Shown: positions 15,328 to 23,483 of the stretch, piece after piece
Numbering within the stretch: position 1 is the stretch's first letter
Layout of the letters: the number at the start of each line of letters is the position of its first letter
DNA from: a virus
Length of the DNA: 46,960 nt
Direction: 5' to 3' (one strand)
Virus record (IMG/VR): IMGVR_UViG_3300045988_180211
Span: 1 to 46,960 of that record
Position numbers and translations under genes: made by a program
The notes under the pieces: generated by a model
Databases searched by the model: none
What the model was told of the DNA's origin: nothing
What the model saw: only the letters and a program-made list of their open reading frames with translations

Positions 15328-16688
15328 TTCATCTTCTCCAAAAGAAAGTCAAGCGCGTTCTTTTTTTCGCGCAGGGCGCTCACCACGGATTGGTCCACGG
15401 TGTTCCGCGCCAGAAGCCGATGGATGAACACCGACCGCGGGTGGCCTGCCTGCGCTTGCCGCGTCGGGCCAATGCGCTCGCACATTTGCGAGTACTGCTC
15501 AAAGTTGTAGCCAAGGCTGTAGAAAACGAGGATGTTTCCGCCGTCCTGCAGGTTGAGCCCGTGGCCGCACGAAGCGGGGTGGGCGACGAGGATGGGGATT
15601 TTTCCGTCGTTCCAATCGCGGATCGTCTGCGGGTCCTTGTCAAGTGCGCGGGCTCCGGGGAAGGCGTCGAGGATCATCTTCGCCTCGAACTTGAACTGGT
15701 TCGCCACAAGGATCGGGGCGCCGGCGGCTTCTTCCACCACGGAGCGCAGGGCATCGAGCTTGGCCGTGTGGATGGGCTCAGCCGTGCCGTCCTCAAGGTA
15801 GAGCGCGCCACCGGTGATCTGCAAAAGCTTGCCCAGCTTCGCCACAGCGTTTACGGCCTCCACTTCACCCGCCGACAGCGTGGCGATGAATTCGCGCTCC
15901 ATGCGTCGGTAGGTCTGCATGGCGGGAGCCGGCAAATCCACGGCGATGTCGTTCACGATCGGCTCGCTTATGTCGAAGAAATCCTCCGCCCTCACCGTCA
16001 CGGTGACCGGCGCAAGCCTCTCGGTCACGGCGTCCGTCGCCCCCGCCTGCGGGAGCCACTTGACCATGTACGCTTCGCCGCCCGTGCGAACGGGATAAAA
16101 GAAGCTCTGCTGGTAGGCGCTCATGGTTCTTCCCAGGGCCTCGCCCTTGTCAAGAAACCACGCCTGCCCCCAAAGGTCCAAAAGACCGTTTGCGGTGGGG
16201 GTCCCCGTCAGTTCGATGAAGCGCTCCGACTTGAAGGCCACCGAGGCCAAGGCCTTGGCTCTCTGCGTTCCCGAGCGAAGTCGGAACCCCTTGAGCCGGG
16301 TGGATTCGTCGCAGACGATGACGCCAAAGGGCCAATCCTCCAGCTCCTCGACCAGCCACGGGAGCGACTCGTAGTTCGTGCAGTAAAGGTCGGCCTGGGT
16401 TTGAAGTGCCCTGCGTCGACGCGCAAGGGTGCCGGTGACGACGGAAACCCGCATGGCCTCCAAGTGCTTCCACTTCTTCACCTCATCGGGCCACGTGCTT
16501 TGCGCCACACGCAGCGGCGCGACAACGAGCGCGGGCTTGGGCGAGAGCATGTCTTGCAGATATTTGATCGCCGTCAAAGTGGAGACCGTTTTGCCGGTGC
16601 CCATACCCGCCCACACGTTGCACCGATCGTGCGCGAGGACGTGGTTGATGATGAGCCTCTGATAAGGGCGTGGTTCAAAAACGTTCAT
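15324..16688 (-). CDS. SNF2-family (SF2) DNA helicase
   Basis: Walker A GMGTGKTV; DExx VIVCDESTRLK; C-terminal ILVAHPASCGHGLNLQDGGN...ERIGPTRQ. ATG at 16688 with SD AGGAGG. Confidence 0.9.
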   Translation of the reverse strand: MNVFEPRPYQRLIINHVLAHDRCNVWAGMGTGKTVSTLTAIKYLQDMLSPKPALVVAPLRVAQSTWPDEVKKWKHLEAMRVSVVTGTLARRRRALQTQADLYCTNYESLPWLVEELEDWPFGVIVCDESTRLKGFRLRSGTQRAKALASVAFKSERFIELTGTPTANGLLDLWGQAWFLDKGEALGRTMSAYQQSFFYPVRTGGEAYMVKWLPQAGATDAVTERLAPVTVTVRAEDFFDISEPIVNDIAVDLPAPAMQTYRRMEREFIATLSAGEVEAVNAVAKLGKLLQITGGALYLEDGTAEPIHTAKLDALRSVVEEAAGAPILVANQFKFEAKMILDAFPGARALDKDPQTIRDWNDGKIPILVAHPASCGHGLNLQDGGNILVFYSLGYNFEQYSQMCERIGPTRQAQAGHPRSVFIHRLLARNTVDQSVVSALREKKNALDFLLEKMK

Positions 16689-16710
16689 CGCCACCTCCTA
16701 CACGGCCGTT

Positions 16711-17232
16711 TCAACGTGCGCCATTGAACACCCCCAAAAGCTCTTGAACGCCTTCGACAGAATCCGTCACAAAGACGGCGCACCCGGCGTTGCACATCCG
16801 CTTCATCTCGCGCATCTGATGCTCTTGCGGTTTCTTCCCGGGTGCCTTCACCTCGATCCACAGGTGCCGCCCATTGAGCATGATGAAGAGGTCGGGAGCG
16901 CCGTTGTGCCCAACCCACTGGCACTTGCGGACCTCGCCGCCCATGGATTTCACGAGCGCTTTGATGCCAGCAACAACTTTTCCTTCGGGCGTCATTTCGG
17001 TTTCCTCAATTGGCTCATCCTCCCGTTCAAAAAGGCGAGGTTCCTCAATGTCGAGCTTCGGAATCGCCACAGCCCAAGTCCCCCCTTCGCCTCGCAGACC
17101 AACGACGACGTCGTCGCCCGCGTCGCTCCATTGCAGCTCGCACGACTTCTGAAGGCGCCGGTTGAAGTCGGGAAAGGCCATCGCAAGGGCCTTTCCACGA
17201 AACCGAGATCGAATCGAAAACGTTGATTTCAT
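16711..17232 (-). CDS. VRR-NUC domain nuclease
   Basis: GAPDLFIMLNGRHLWIEVKAPGKKPQEHQMREMKRM. ATGA overlap with the polymerase stop. Confidence 0.8.
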   Translation of the reverse strand: MKSTFSIRSRFRGKALAMAFPDFNRRLQKSCELQWSDAGDDVVVGLRGEGGTWAVAIPKLDIEEPRLFEREDEPIEETEMTPEGKVVAGIKALVKSMGGEVRKCQWVGHNGAPDLFIMLNGRHLWIEVKAPGKKPQEHQMREMKRMCNAGCAVFVTDSVEGVQELLGVFNGAR

Positions 17233-19397
17233 TTTCTGTACCTGTAAGCTGTGAATCCCGCCGCCGCCAGTGGCAAATCGTCCGCCCAAAGGGGGCCCGC
17301 CTCCATGGCGTGCTCCAAGGCGAAGGCGTCGTGCGCCTCATCGTCCGGCGCTTCCGTCAAAATCTCATCGTGAACCGTGAGAATCGGGTCGAAGCCGGCC
17401 GATTCCACGTAGAAAAGGGCGTTGGTCAGCACGTCGCAGGCAACCGCTTGCGTGGCGTTTTCCGTGATCTTGCCCGCATAGGTTTTCAGGCGCATCCATC
17501 GGCGGCTGACCTGGTGAACGCCCATATAACTGAACGTGCACCCTTCCTCGTCAAAGCGTGCGCCGGGGTAGCAAAGGTATCGCCCGCTGGGCAGCTTCAT
17601 CATGAGCCAACCTTTCGAGACCCACACGCGCACCTTGCCGCCGGCGGCTGCCGCGCCGCGCATTCCGCCGAACGCGTTTGCAACCGCGTCGTCGAAGGCC
17701 GCCCAAAGCTTCACGATGTTCGGGTTGGCGCGCCGCCAAAGACGCTTCACGCTGTCGCAAGCGACCCACACCGTGCGGCTCATGCCGTCAGGAACCTTCC
17801 CGGCCTGCGCCGCCCACTCGAAACCTTTCTCGGCCTGCTCGTGAATGCCCGCGGGGATGGTGGGAAGCACCGCCTCGGCCATTTCCTTGAGGTCGATGCC
17901 GTAGCCCCTGGCGAACGTCACGAACGCCCCCACGCCGCCGCCGTAGCCCATGGCGAGCTCCAGCACCTTGCCCATTTGTCGCTGCGCCTTCGTCACCTTC
18001 TCAACATCGACGTTGAAGGCCTTCGCGTAGGTCAGCTTGTAAAGGTCGTGTCCGACATGGATCGGTTCGCCCTTGTCGTTGAGCTTTATCTCATGGCGTC
18101 GGATGTAGCGCTCCTCGGGAGGGATGCAACTGCCGTCACGCGCGATCAGCGTGTCGTACTCGCGAAAGGCGCTGAGCTTCCACTGCTCACCGGCAAGCCA
18201 CGCAAGCACGCGGCCCTCGATATTCGAGTAGTCCGCGACGGCCATACGCTTGCCTTTCGGCACGATGATCGTTCCGCGAAGACAGCTTGCGGCAACGGCG
18301 CCAACGTCGGGGTAAATCAAGTCAGCCGCGCCGCTTTTGAGGTCCGCAATGGCTTCTTCGATTGCCCCGTTGCTCATCGTGGGGCGGGGAAGATTTTGGG
18401 GCTGAAAAAGCCGCCCTGCGAATCTCCCCGTTCTGCCGGCACCGCGAAACTGAAGGCATCCGCGAAGGCGCCCGTCGGCGCCCACCGCATTGAGCAGCGC
18501 TTGGAACTTCTTCGTGCTCGAACGGGCGGACCCGAGACGAATGCGCAGCAGTTCGCGCATGGGCTCCGGCAAGTCTTCGTTCTCGCACAGGCGCTCGAGC
18601 TCACCTTTGCGCATGTTTGCCAGCTCCACGCCCCACGTCTCTTTGATGAAATTGATCGTGGCTTTCGTGCGCGTTGTTGAGTCAAGCTCACCCTGCGTCA
18701 GCTCCGCGGTGCGCCCGCGGCGGCGCTGTTGCTCCGCCTCCGTCGCTGCGACGGCGGCTTGGGCAAGCTCCACGTCCATCAGCATCCCGCGGCGGTTGAT
18801 GCGCGCATCCAGGAGCATCAGCTCCCGGTCGCCGTTGCAGTTGACTTTCGGCAATCGCCGGTAGAGTTCGCGCTCGGCTTCAACGTCAAGTCGGCAGTAG
18901 TTGACGAACTTTTCCCAATCCTCGGGGTGGTCGTCCTTCGTGAAGGGCTTGCCCTCATTGTCGGGGCGCGGGACGCAAAAAAGACGGATCAGGCGCGCGC
19001 CGTCTCGGTCCTTGGCCTTGTCTTCGCCAAGCTTGAAGACGACGCTCAGGTCAGCCAGCGAACCGGGAAGCCCGTGCTGAAAAGCGATCAGCATCGTGTC
19101 TTCGATGCGCTCGAGCGGCAGCGCGCACTCGGGCATCGTCTTCTCGATGAAAACCGTGTCGAAATTGGCGCCGTTGTGCCACACGTGGCGCGCTTCGGGA
19201 TCGCGCCGCACCGTCTCAATGGCGGCCTTCAAATCCTCGGGCATCGGCTCGTGCCCGACCTGCCACACCTTGGCAGGCGCGTCATCGATGGCGAACCCCC
19301 AGAGCAGAATGCGGGCGCCGTCGCCTGCGGCGTACGCGTGGGTGCCACAGGAAATCGGCACCGGGCTGAACGTCTCAAGGTCGCAAAATAAAAGCAT
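17229..19397 (-). CDS. Family A DNA polymerase with 3-5 exonuclease domain
   Basis: Exo motifs FCDLETFS, HNGANFDTVF and YCRLDVEA. Pol motifs VADYSNIEGRVLAW, RQMGKVLELAMGYGGG and LTVHDEILTE. ATG at 19397 with SD AGGAGGAA. Confidence 0.92.
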   Translation of the reverse strand: MLLFCDLETFSPVPISCGTHAYAAGDGARILLWGFAIDDAPAKVWQVGHEPMPEDLKAAIETVRRDPEARHVWHNGANFDTVFIEKTMPECALPLERIEDTMLIAFQHGLPGSLADLSVVFKLGEDKAKDRDGARLIRLFCVPRPDNEGKPFTKDDHPEDWEKFVNYCRLDVEAERELYRRLPKVNCNGDRELMLLDARINRRGMLMDVELAQAAVAATEAEQQRRRGRTAELTQGELDSTTRTKATINFIKETWGVELANMRKGELERLCENEDLPEPMRELLRIRLGSARSSTKKFQALLNAVGADGRLRGCLQFRGAGRTGRFAGRLFQPQNLPRPTMSNGAIEEAIADLKSGAADLIYPDVGAVAASCLRGTIIVPKGKRMAVADYSNIEGRVLAWLAGEQWKLSAFREYDTLIARDGSCIPPEERYIRRHEIKLNDKGEPIHVGHDLYKLTYAKAFNVDVEKVTKAQRQMGKVLELAMGYGGGVGAFVTFARGYGIDLKEMAEAVLPTIPAGIHEQAEKGFEWAAQAGKVPDGMSRTVWVACDSVKRLWRRANPNIVKLWAAFDDAVANAFGGMRGAAAAGGKVRVWVSKGWLMMKLPSGRYLCYPGARFDEEGCTFSYMGVHQVSRRWMRLKTYAGKITENATQAVACDVLTNALFYVESAGFDPILTVHDEILTEAPDDEAHDAFALEHAMEAGPLWADDLPLAAAGFTAYRYRK

Positions 19398-19447
19398 CGT
19401 TCCTCCTATTTGGGCGGGCAATCCGAAGAGCGCCCGCCCCCACCGCC

Positions 19448-20008
19448 TTACATGCCGCCGAAGGGGTCGTCGTCTTCTTCTACCGGCACCTCAGGCGTTT
19501 CGATCACGTCGAACGCGTTCTTAATCTGCCCCGCCGTAGAGCCGCCGGAGAGCGGCGTGCCGTCGGCGACGAACTGGACGCCTTCAAGGTAGGTGGTCAC
19601 GCCGCCGCCGTTCTTGTCGTAGAAGTAGACCGTGACAAGCATCTTGATTTGGCATCCGGCGTAGGGTTTTCCTGCCGTCGAAGCAATCATCTGCTTCTTC
19701 TGATCGATGACGATGGGAGCGCCCTTGTCTTCCTTGCGCTTGGAGCTGATCGAAAAAGCGCCGTCGTCAAGTTCGCGCAACGGCCAGGACTGACGGGAGC
19801 CCTTGAACTTTCTCAGCAGAGCTTCCACCTTGTCGGCGCCGGCGGTTTCTTCGATCACCTGGTGGGCGGCCTTGAGAAAGCGCTCCTTGGCCTCATCCGT
19901 GAGGATGACGCCACAGGACCACTGCTTGACGCCGTTGTATTCCTCGGGAACGAAGAGCTTGGGGAAGGTGCAAACGCCTTCGAGCATTACCTGCTTGTAT
20001 CGAGCCAT
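19448..20008 (-). CDS. DUF2815-type ssDNA-binding protein (T7 gp2.5-like) with acidic C-terminal tail
   Basis: The tail is EEDDDPFGGM. It sits in the conserved DUF2800-DUF2815-PolA neighbourhood. Confidence 0.7.
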   Translation of the reverse strand: MARYKQVMLEGVCTFPKLFVPEEYNGVKQWSCGVILTDEAKERFLKAAHQVIEETAGADKVEALLRKFKGSRQSWPLRELDDGAFSISSKRKEDKGAPIVIDQKKQMIASTAGKPYAGCQIKMLVTVYFYDKNGGGVTTYLEGVQFVADGTPLSGGSTAGQIKNAFDVIETPEVPVEEDDDPFGGM

Positions 20009-20025
20009 TTTTTTTCTCCTAAAAA

Positions 20026-21204
20026 TTACTGTTCGATGACTTCAAATTGATCCTTGACGTTCATCGCCAAGGCTTCTCGTTTGTCGGACTCCGGCGCGAC
20101 GGTGGGCTTACCTTCCGCCTGCGTCATGAGCGCTTTGATTTGCGCCCACTGGCGCGGACCGATGAGCCCTTTTTCGTGCGCGGCTTCGGCTTTTGCCGGG
20201 CTGATGAGCGTCTTCGTGTAAAGAACGTCTCGTCGGATACGCATTGCGCAAATGCGCTCCTCGGCGTTGGCCGCCCATTTGCGATTTCCTCGGCGCCCGG
20301 CGACGAGCTTGAAACCAGCGATGCGTTCGCCTTGGGTAAGGCGAGCCAGCGCCATAGCGCGGACGGAAGAGCACCAAGATTCGATGGAATCGAGCCACGG
20401 CAGGGCGCGGGCAAGCTGTTCGTTCGTCGCCGGCAGCTCGAGCTTTTTCGGCGGCTCTTCGACGATGTCGAAATGCGCAAGCGTCAGCTCCCGCGTCTTG
20501 GCCTGCAGGGCGGGACAAATCGCCTTGGCCTTGCAGAAACGGCACTGGGTTTCACCCGGCACGAGGTTGTCAAGAGCCTCGGGCTTGTCGATGAGAGACA
20601 TTGCGAGCTCAGCGGCCGCCGTGATCTCCTTGCCGAAGGCCTTGAGGCTGGAGATATCCCACTCGAAAACCTTTTCAACTCGGCTGATGCGAGGTTGAAA
20701 GATCACCAGGCGCACGGCGCGGATATCGAGTTGGTTCTCGAACTCCCGCAAAGCCGCAAGGGCGTAGATCGAGAGCTGGAGGTTGCGCTCGGCCTCAACC
20801 TCAACCCCCATGCCGTACTTGAAATCAGCGATGGTGAGCACGCCGTCCGCGGTGATGGCGAGAAAGTCCGCCGTGCCGACGTCACCCTCGTGCCGCGTGA
20901 CCGCCGACGTGTCCAGGCGGCGTTCTGCCGCCCAGAAAAACAGGTGGTTTCGGTTGATGCGCTTTGAGAGCATCCGAGCCCAACCCAATGCGCAAGAGCG
21001 CATCGTTTCGTCTCCCGTCAGCTCTGTGGGTTCACCACGAAACACCGATTCGACGGCGCGCTGCGCCTGCTCATGCGCCGCGGTTCCTTCCTCGGCGTAG
21101 GCCGAAGTGTCGTCCGTCGGCGGCATCTTCTCGATGAGGGCGACGGCGCCGGGGCACTTCGTCCAGCAGTGCGCGGACGAGGGGGACAAAAGGGAGTGGG
21201 CCAT
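20026..21204 (-). CDS. DUF2800-type PD-(D/E)XK (Cas4-like) nuclease
   Basis: N-terminal LLSPSSAHCWTKCPGAV plus GTADFLAI...IADFKYG (D..D.K nuclease core) plus C-terminal Cys cluster CRFCKAKAICP. ATG at 21204. Confidence 0.75.
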   Translation of the reverse strand: MAHSLLSPSSAHCWTKCPGAVALIEKMPPTDDTSAYAEEGTAAHEQAQRAVESVFRGEPTELTGDETMRSCALGWARMLSKRINRNHLFFWAAERRLDTSAVTRHEGDVGTADFLAITADGVLTIADFKYGMGVEVEAERNLQLSIYALAALREFENQLDIRAVRLVIFQPRISRVEKVFEWDISSLKAFGKEITAAAELAMSLIDKPEALDNLVPGETQCRFCKAKAICPALQAKTRELTLAHFDIVEEPPKKLELPATNEQLARALPWLDSIESWCSSVRAMALARLTQGERIAGFKLVAGRRGNRKWAANAEERICAMRIRRDVLYTKTLISPAKAEAAHEKGLIGPRQWAQIKALMTQAEGKPTVAPESDKREALAMNVKDQFEVIEQ

Positions 21205-21206
21205 GA

Positions 21207-21611
21207 CTACACCCCCACCTGTTTGAGCGCGGCGTCCCACGCATCGAAGTCCGGCCACTCAGCCACCGACTTCACGGCCACCAAGCGCTGAGAAATCACC
21301 GTGCTCCGAAGCGTCGGGAATTTCTCGGGGTCCTGCATCGCCACGCGAACGCGGGCGACGAGGGCGCTTAACTCCGAAGCCTGCGGACGGTCGCCTCGTT
21401 CGTTTGCGCTCTCCGTCGGCGTAGCGGCAGGAGCCTGCGGCGCGGGCGCCGGGCTATCTTCGACCTGCGCCGGGGCGGCAACCCCCGTGTCGGGGGTTTT
21501 GGCCGGCGTTTCGGTGGCGGATTCAAGTGCCGCCACAACCTCTTCCATGGCGCGGATGGCGTTTCTGAATGCATCCGCCACGTGCGGCGGAAAAGTTAGC
21601 TTTTGTTCCAT
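21207..21611 (-). CDS. Hypothetical protein, first gene of the replication operon (Pro/Ala-rich linker)
   Basis: SD GAGGAA is present. The next gene starts 2 nt after its stop. Confidence 0.6.
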   Translation of the reverse strand: MEQKLTFPPHVADAFRNAIRAMEEVVAALESATETPAKTPDTGVAAPAQVEDSPAPAPQAPAATPTESANERGDRPQASELSALVARVRVAMQDPEKFPTLRSTVISQRLVAVKSVAEWPDFDAWDAALKQVGV

Positions 21612-21744
21612 TTTCGTTCCTCATCTCCTATCGATCGCCTCGTTCAAAACGGGAGACAACCCGGATGCAATCCGCGCGTTTTCAGTTTTGACTCGGCCTA
21701 ACTTCGAGCCGATTCGAAATCCGAAATCCCGGCTCGGCACTGGT

Positions 21745-21781
21745 GAAAAAAAAGGCGGCACCTCTTTCTAGGGGTGCCGCC
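21745..21781 (-). terminator. Rho-independent terminator oriented leftward, upstream of the replication operon
   Basis: ggcggcacc/ggtgccgcc is a perfect 9-bp stem. An A8 run on the plus strand gives a U-run on the minus transcript. There is no U-run for the plus strand. Confidence 0.6.
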
Positions 21782-21955
21782 TGCTATCGGGTGGCCGTTT
21801 TTATAGCTTCGCAATTTTTATGCGCTACGGCTTTCCACCAGCGCAGTACGAATCCTACGCGCTGGTTTTTCAGCGCGTGCAGTAGTAAAAACCCCTAAAA
21901 ACGCCTGTTTCGTTTGATTTTCGTCAAATGTTGCGCTTAATGGGCGCTAAAAGAG

Positions 21956-21984
21956 TTGCATAGCGCTACTAAAGCGCCTAAAGT
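21956..21984 (+). promoter_or_regulatory. Candidate sigma70 promoter for the 22030-23437 cassette
   Basis: TTGCAT-17 nt-TAAAGT. The spacer contains the AGCGCT/GCGCC motifs. Confidence 0.4.
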
Positions 21985-22029
21985 ACGCCTAAGAGAAAAG
22001 CGCATGCAGCGCTAAAAAGGAACCCCAAG

Positions 22030-22773
22030 ATGCAAGAAAAAGTCACAGACCGGAAGTTTCTGCGGATCGTCACGGAGTCCAAAAACCTCAAGACCGGGCG
22101 GATCTTCCAGACTTACTCCAGTCGCTCGACGTGCCCTGCGCACTGCGCTTTTAAAGGCAAAGGCGGGTGCTATGGCGAGTCGATGCGCACGAAAGCCGTA
22201 TGGGATAAGTGTGACGGTGAAGGAGCGCAGACACTGAAAGACTTGGCTGACAAGCTCTTTTTGAGCCGCTGGACCACGGCGAAGCCGGGCGCGGTAGTGC
22301 GGCATAACGTGTGCGGGGATATGGCGCGCGCCGGGACGGACGATTTGGACGAGGGCCTGGTGACGGCTTTGGCCGCCGTCTTTAAAGCCGCCAAAGTACG
22401 CGCTTTCACTTACACGCACTGCGAGAAAAGTGAAAGGAACTTCACAATCGCGAAAGAGGCCGCGGCCGCGGGCTTCGTCATCAATTTCTCTTGCGAAACC
22501 GCGGGGCAGTGTGACGCAGTCTTAGATGCCGGACTGCCCGCCGTACTCGCCTTCCCCGCGGGCGAAGAGCCGCCGAAAAAGACGCCCGCGGGGCGCAAGG
22601 TCGTCCGATGCCTCGCGCAAGATCCGCGCTTCTCGGGCATCACCTGCGAGGCCTGCACGCTCTGCGCAAAGGGCGGCGCGCGGCGGCCTGTAGTCGCTTT
22701 CGAAGCGCACGGCTTTAGAAAAGCCGCGGCGAGTAAAAAGATCATAGAAATTCGCGCGACTGAGGCCGCGTAA
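22030..22773 (+). CDS. Cys-rich protein (possible metal/Fe-S binding; resembles GP88-family phage proteins from memory)
   Basis: TCPAHCAFKGKGGCYG (C-x3-C-x7-C) near the N-terminus and ITCEACTLCAKG (C-x2-C-x2-C) near the C-terminus. SD AAGGAA is present. Confidence 0.65.
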   Translation: MQEKVTDRKFLRIVTESKNLKTGRIFQTYSSRSTCPAHCAFKGKGGCYGESMRTKAVWDKCDGEGAQTLKDLADKLFLSRWTTAKPGAVVRHNVCGDMARAGTDDLDEGLVTALAAVFKAAKVRAFTYTHCEKSERNFTIAKEAAAAGFVINFSCETAGQCDAVLDAGLPAVLAFPAGEEPPKKTPAGRKVVRCLAQDPRFSGITCEACTLCAKGGARRPVVAFEAHGFRKAAASKKIIEIRATEAA

Positions 22774-22817
22774 AGCCTCGGGAATTTTTTAACCGCGTAC
22801 AAGAGAAGGAGATAAAA

Positions 22818-23249
22818 ATGTATGCATATTTAGCCGTCACCGGGCACGAAGTTAAAGCGGGCGCGCTCACCGTCCGTGCCGGGATCAGTGGCGTCTTAGA
22901 GCCGATGGACTTTCGGCTCGATGAGGGGCCCGATAGCGTATGGACCCCCGGCGGGTGCGTCTTCTTCGCGCTCAAAGGGCGCGAGTACTCGCAGCGCTTT
23001 GACGCGGCGTGGTACGCCGACGGGACTTTTGACTGTGAGGACGCTGACGCCCCGCTTATGTCTTACAGCGAAGCGGACGGGGACTACCGAGAAGCAAGCG
23101 CCGAAGAAAGAGCACTCCTCGAAGACGCGGCAGGCGGTCCCACGGCGCTTTACTGGGCGCTTTCGAAGGCCCGCCGCTCAGCGGTCGAAGCCGCGGCGCC
23201 GGACGCGCTCAAGATTTTAAAAAAGTACATCGATGGTGAGGAGGCTTAA
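22818..23249 (+). CDS. Hypothetical acidic protein
   Basis: SD GGAGA is present. Same operon as 22030. Confidence 0.6.
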   Translation: MYAYLAVTGHEVKAGALTVRAGISGVLEPMDFRLDEGPDSVWTPGGCVFFALKGREYSQRFDAAWYADGTFDCEDADAPLMSYSEADGDYREASAEERALLEDAAGGPTALYWALSKARRSAVEAAAPDALKILKKYIDGEEA

Positions 23250-23251
23250 AA

Positions 23252-23437
23252 ATGTATCTTATCAAGATCACGTATTTCGACGGCTTTTCTGAGTTTTGCG
23301 GGCGCTGCTACGCGTCTTCTATCCAGGCGCAGCGCGCGGCGGCCGAGCTTTATAAGCGGCCAAAGACGCAAGCGGTCGAGATCTTGGTAGTCGAAAGCCA
23401 GAGGACTTTGCGCAGGCTGACGAAGTCGGAGCTTTGA
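23252..23437 (+). CDS. Hypothetical 61-aa protein
   Basis: Starts 2 nt after the upstream stop, with GAGGAGG upstream. A strong terminator follows. Confidence 0.55.
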   Translation: MYLIKITYFDGFSEFCGRCYASSIQAQRAAAELYKRPKTQAVEILVVESQRTLRRLTKSEL

Positions 23438-23453
23438 AAGTCGAAAAGCTGAA

Positions 23454-23483
23454 AGCCACTGGAAGCGCCAGTGGCTTTTTTTA
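23454..23483. terminator. Terminator hairpin shared by the convergent 22030 cassette and the repressor gene; the U-tract is clear only on the plus strand
   Basis: agccactgg-aagcg-ccagtggct followed by ttttttt. On the minus strand the hairpin is followed by only tttc. Confidence 0.8.

Noticed and set aside
15300-16727. 475-aa plus-strand ORF antisense to the SNF2 helicase. The same applies to 17223..18680 (+), 18729..19391 (+), 20047..20967 (+) and 14815..15510 (+).
   Set aside because: These are shadow ORFs, typical of GC-rich DNA. Their products are Arg/His/Gly-rich and low in information, while the opposite strand carries unmistakable helicase, polymerase and nuclease motifs.
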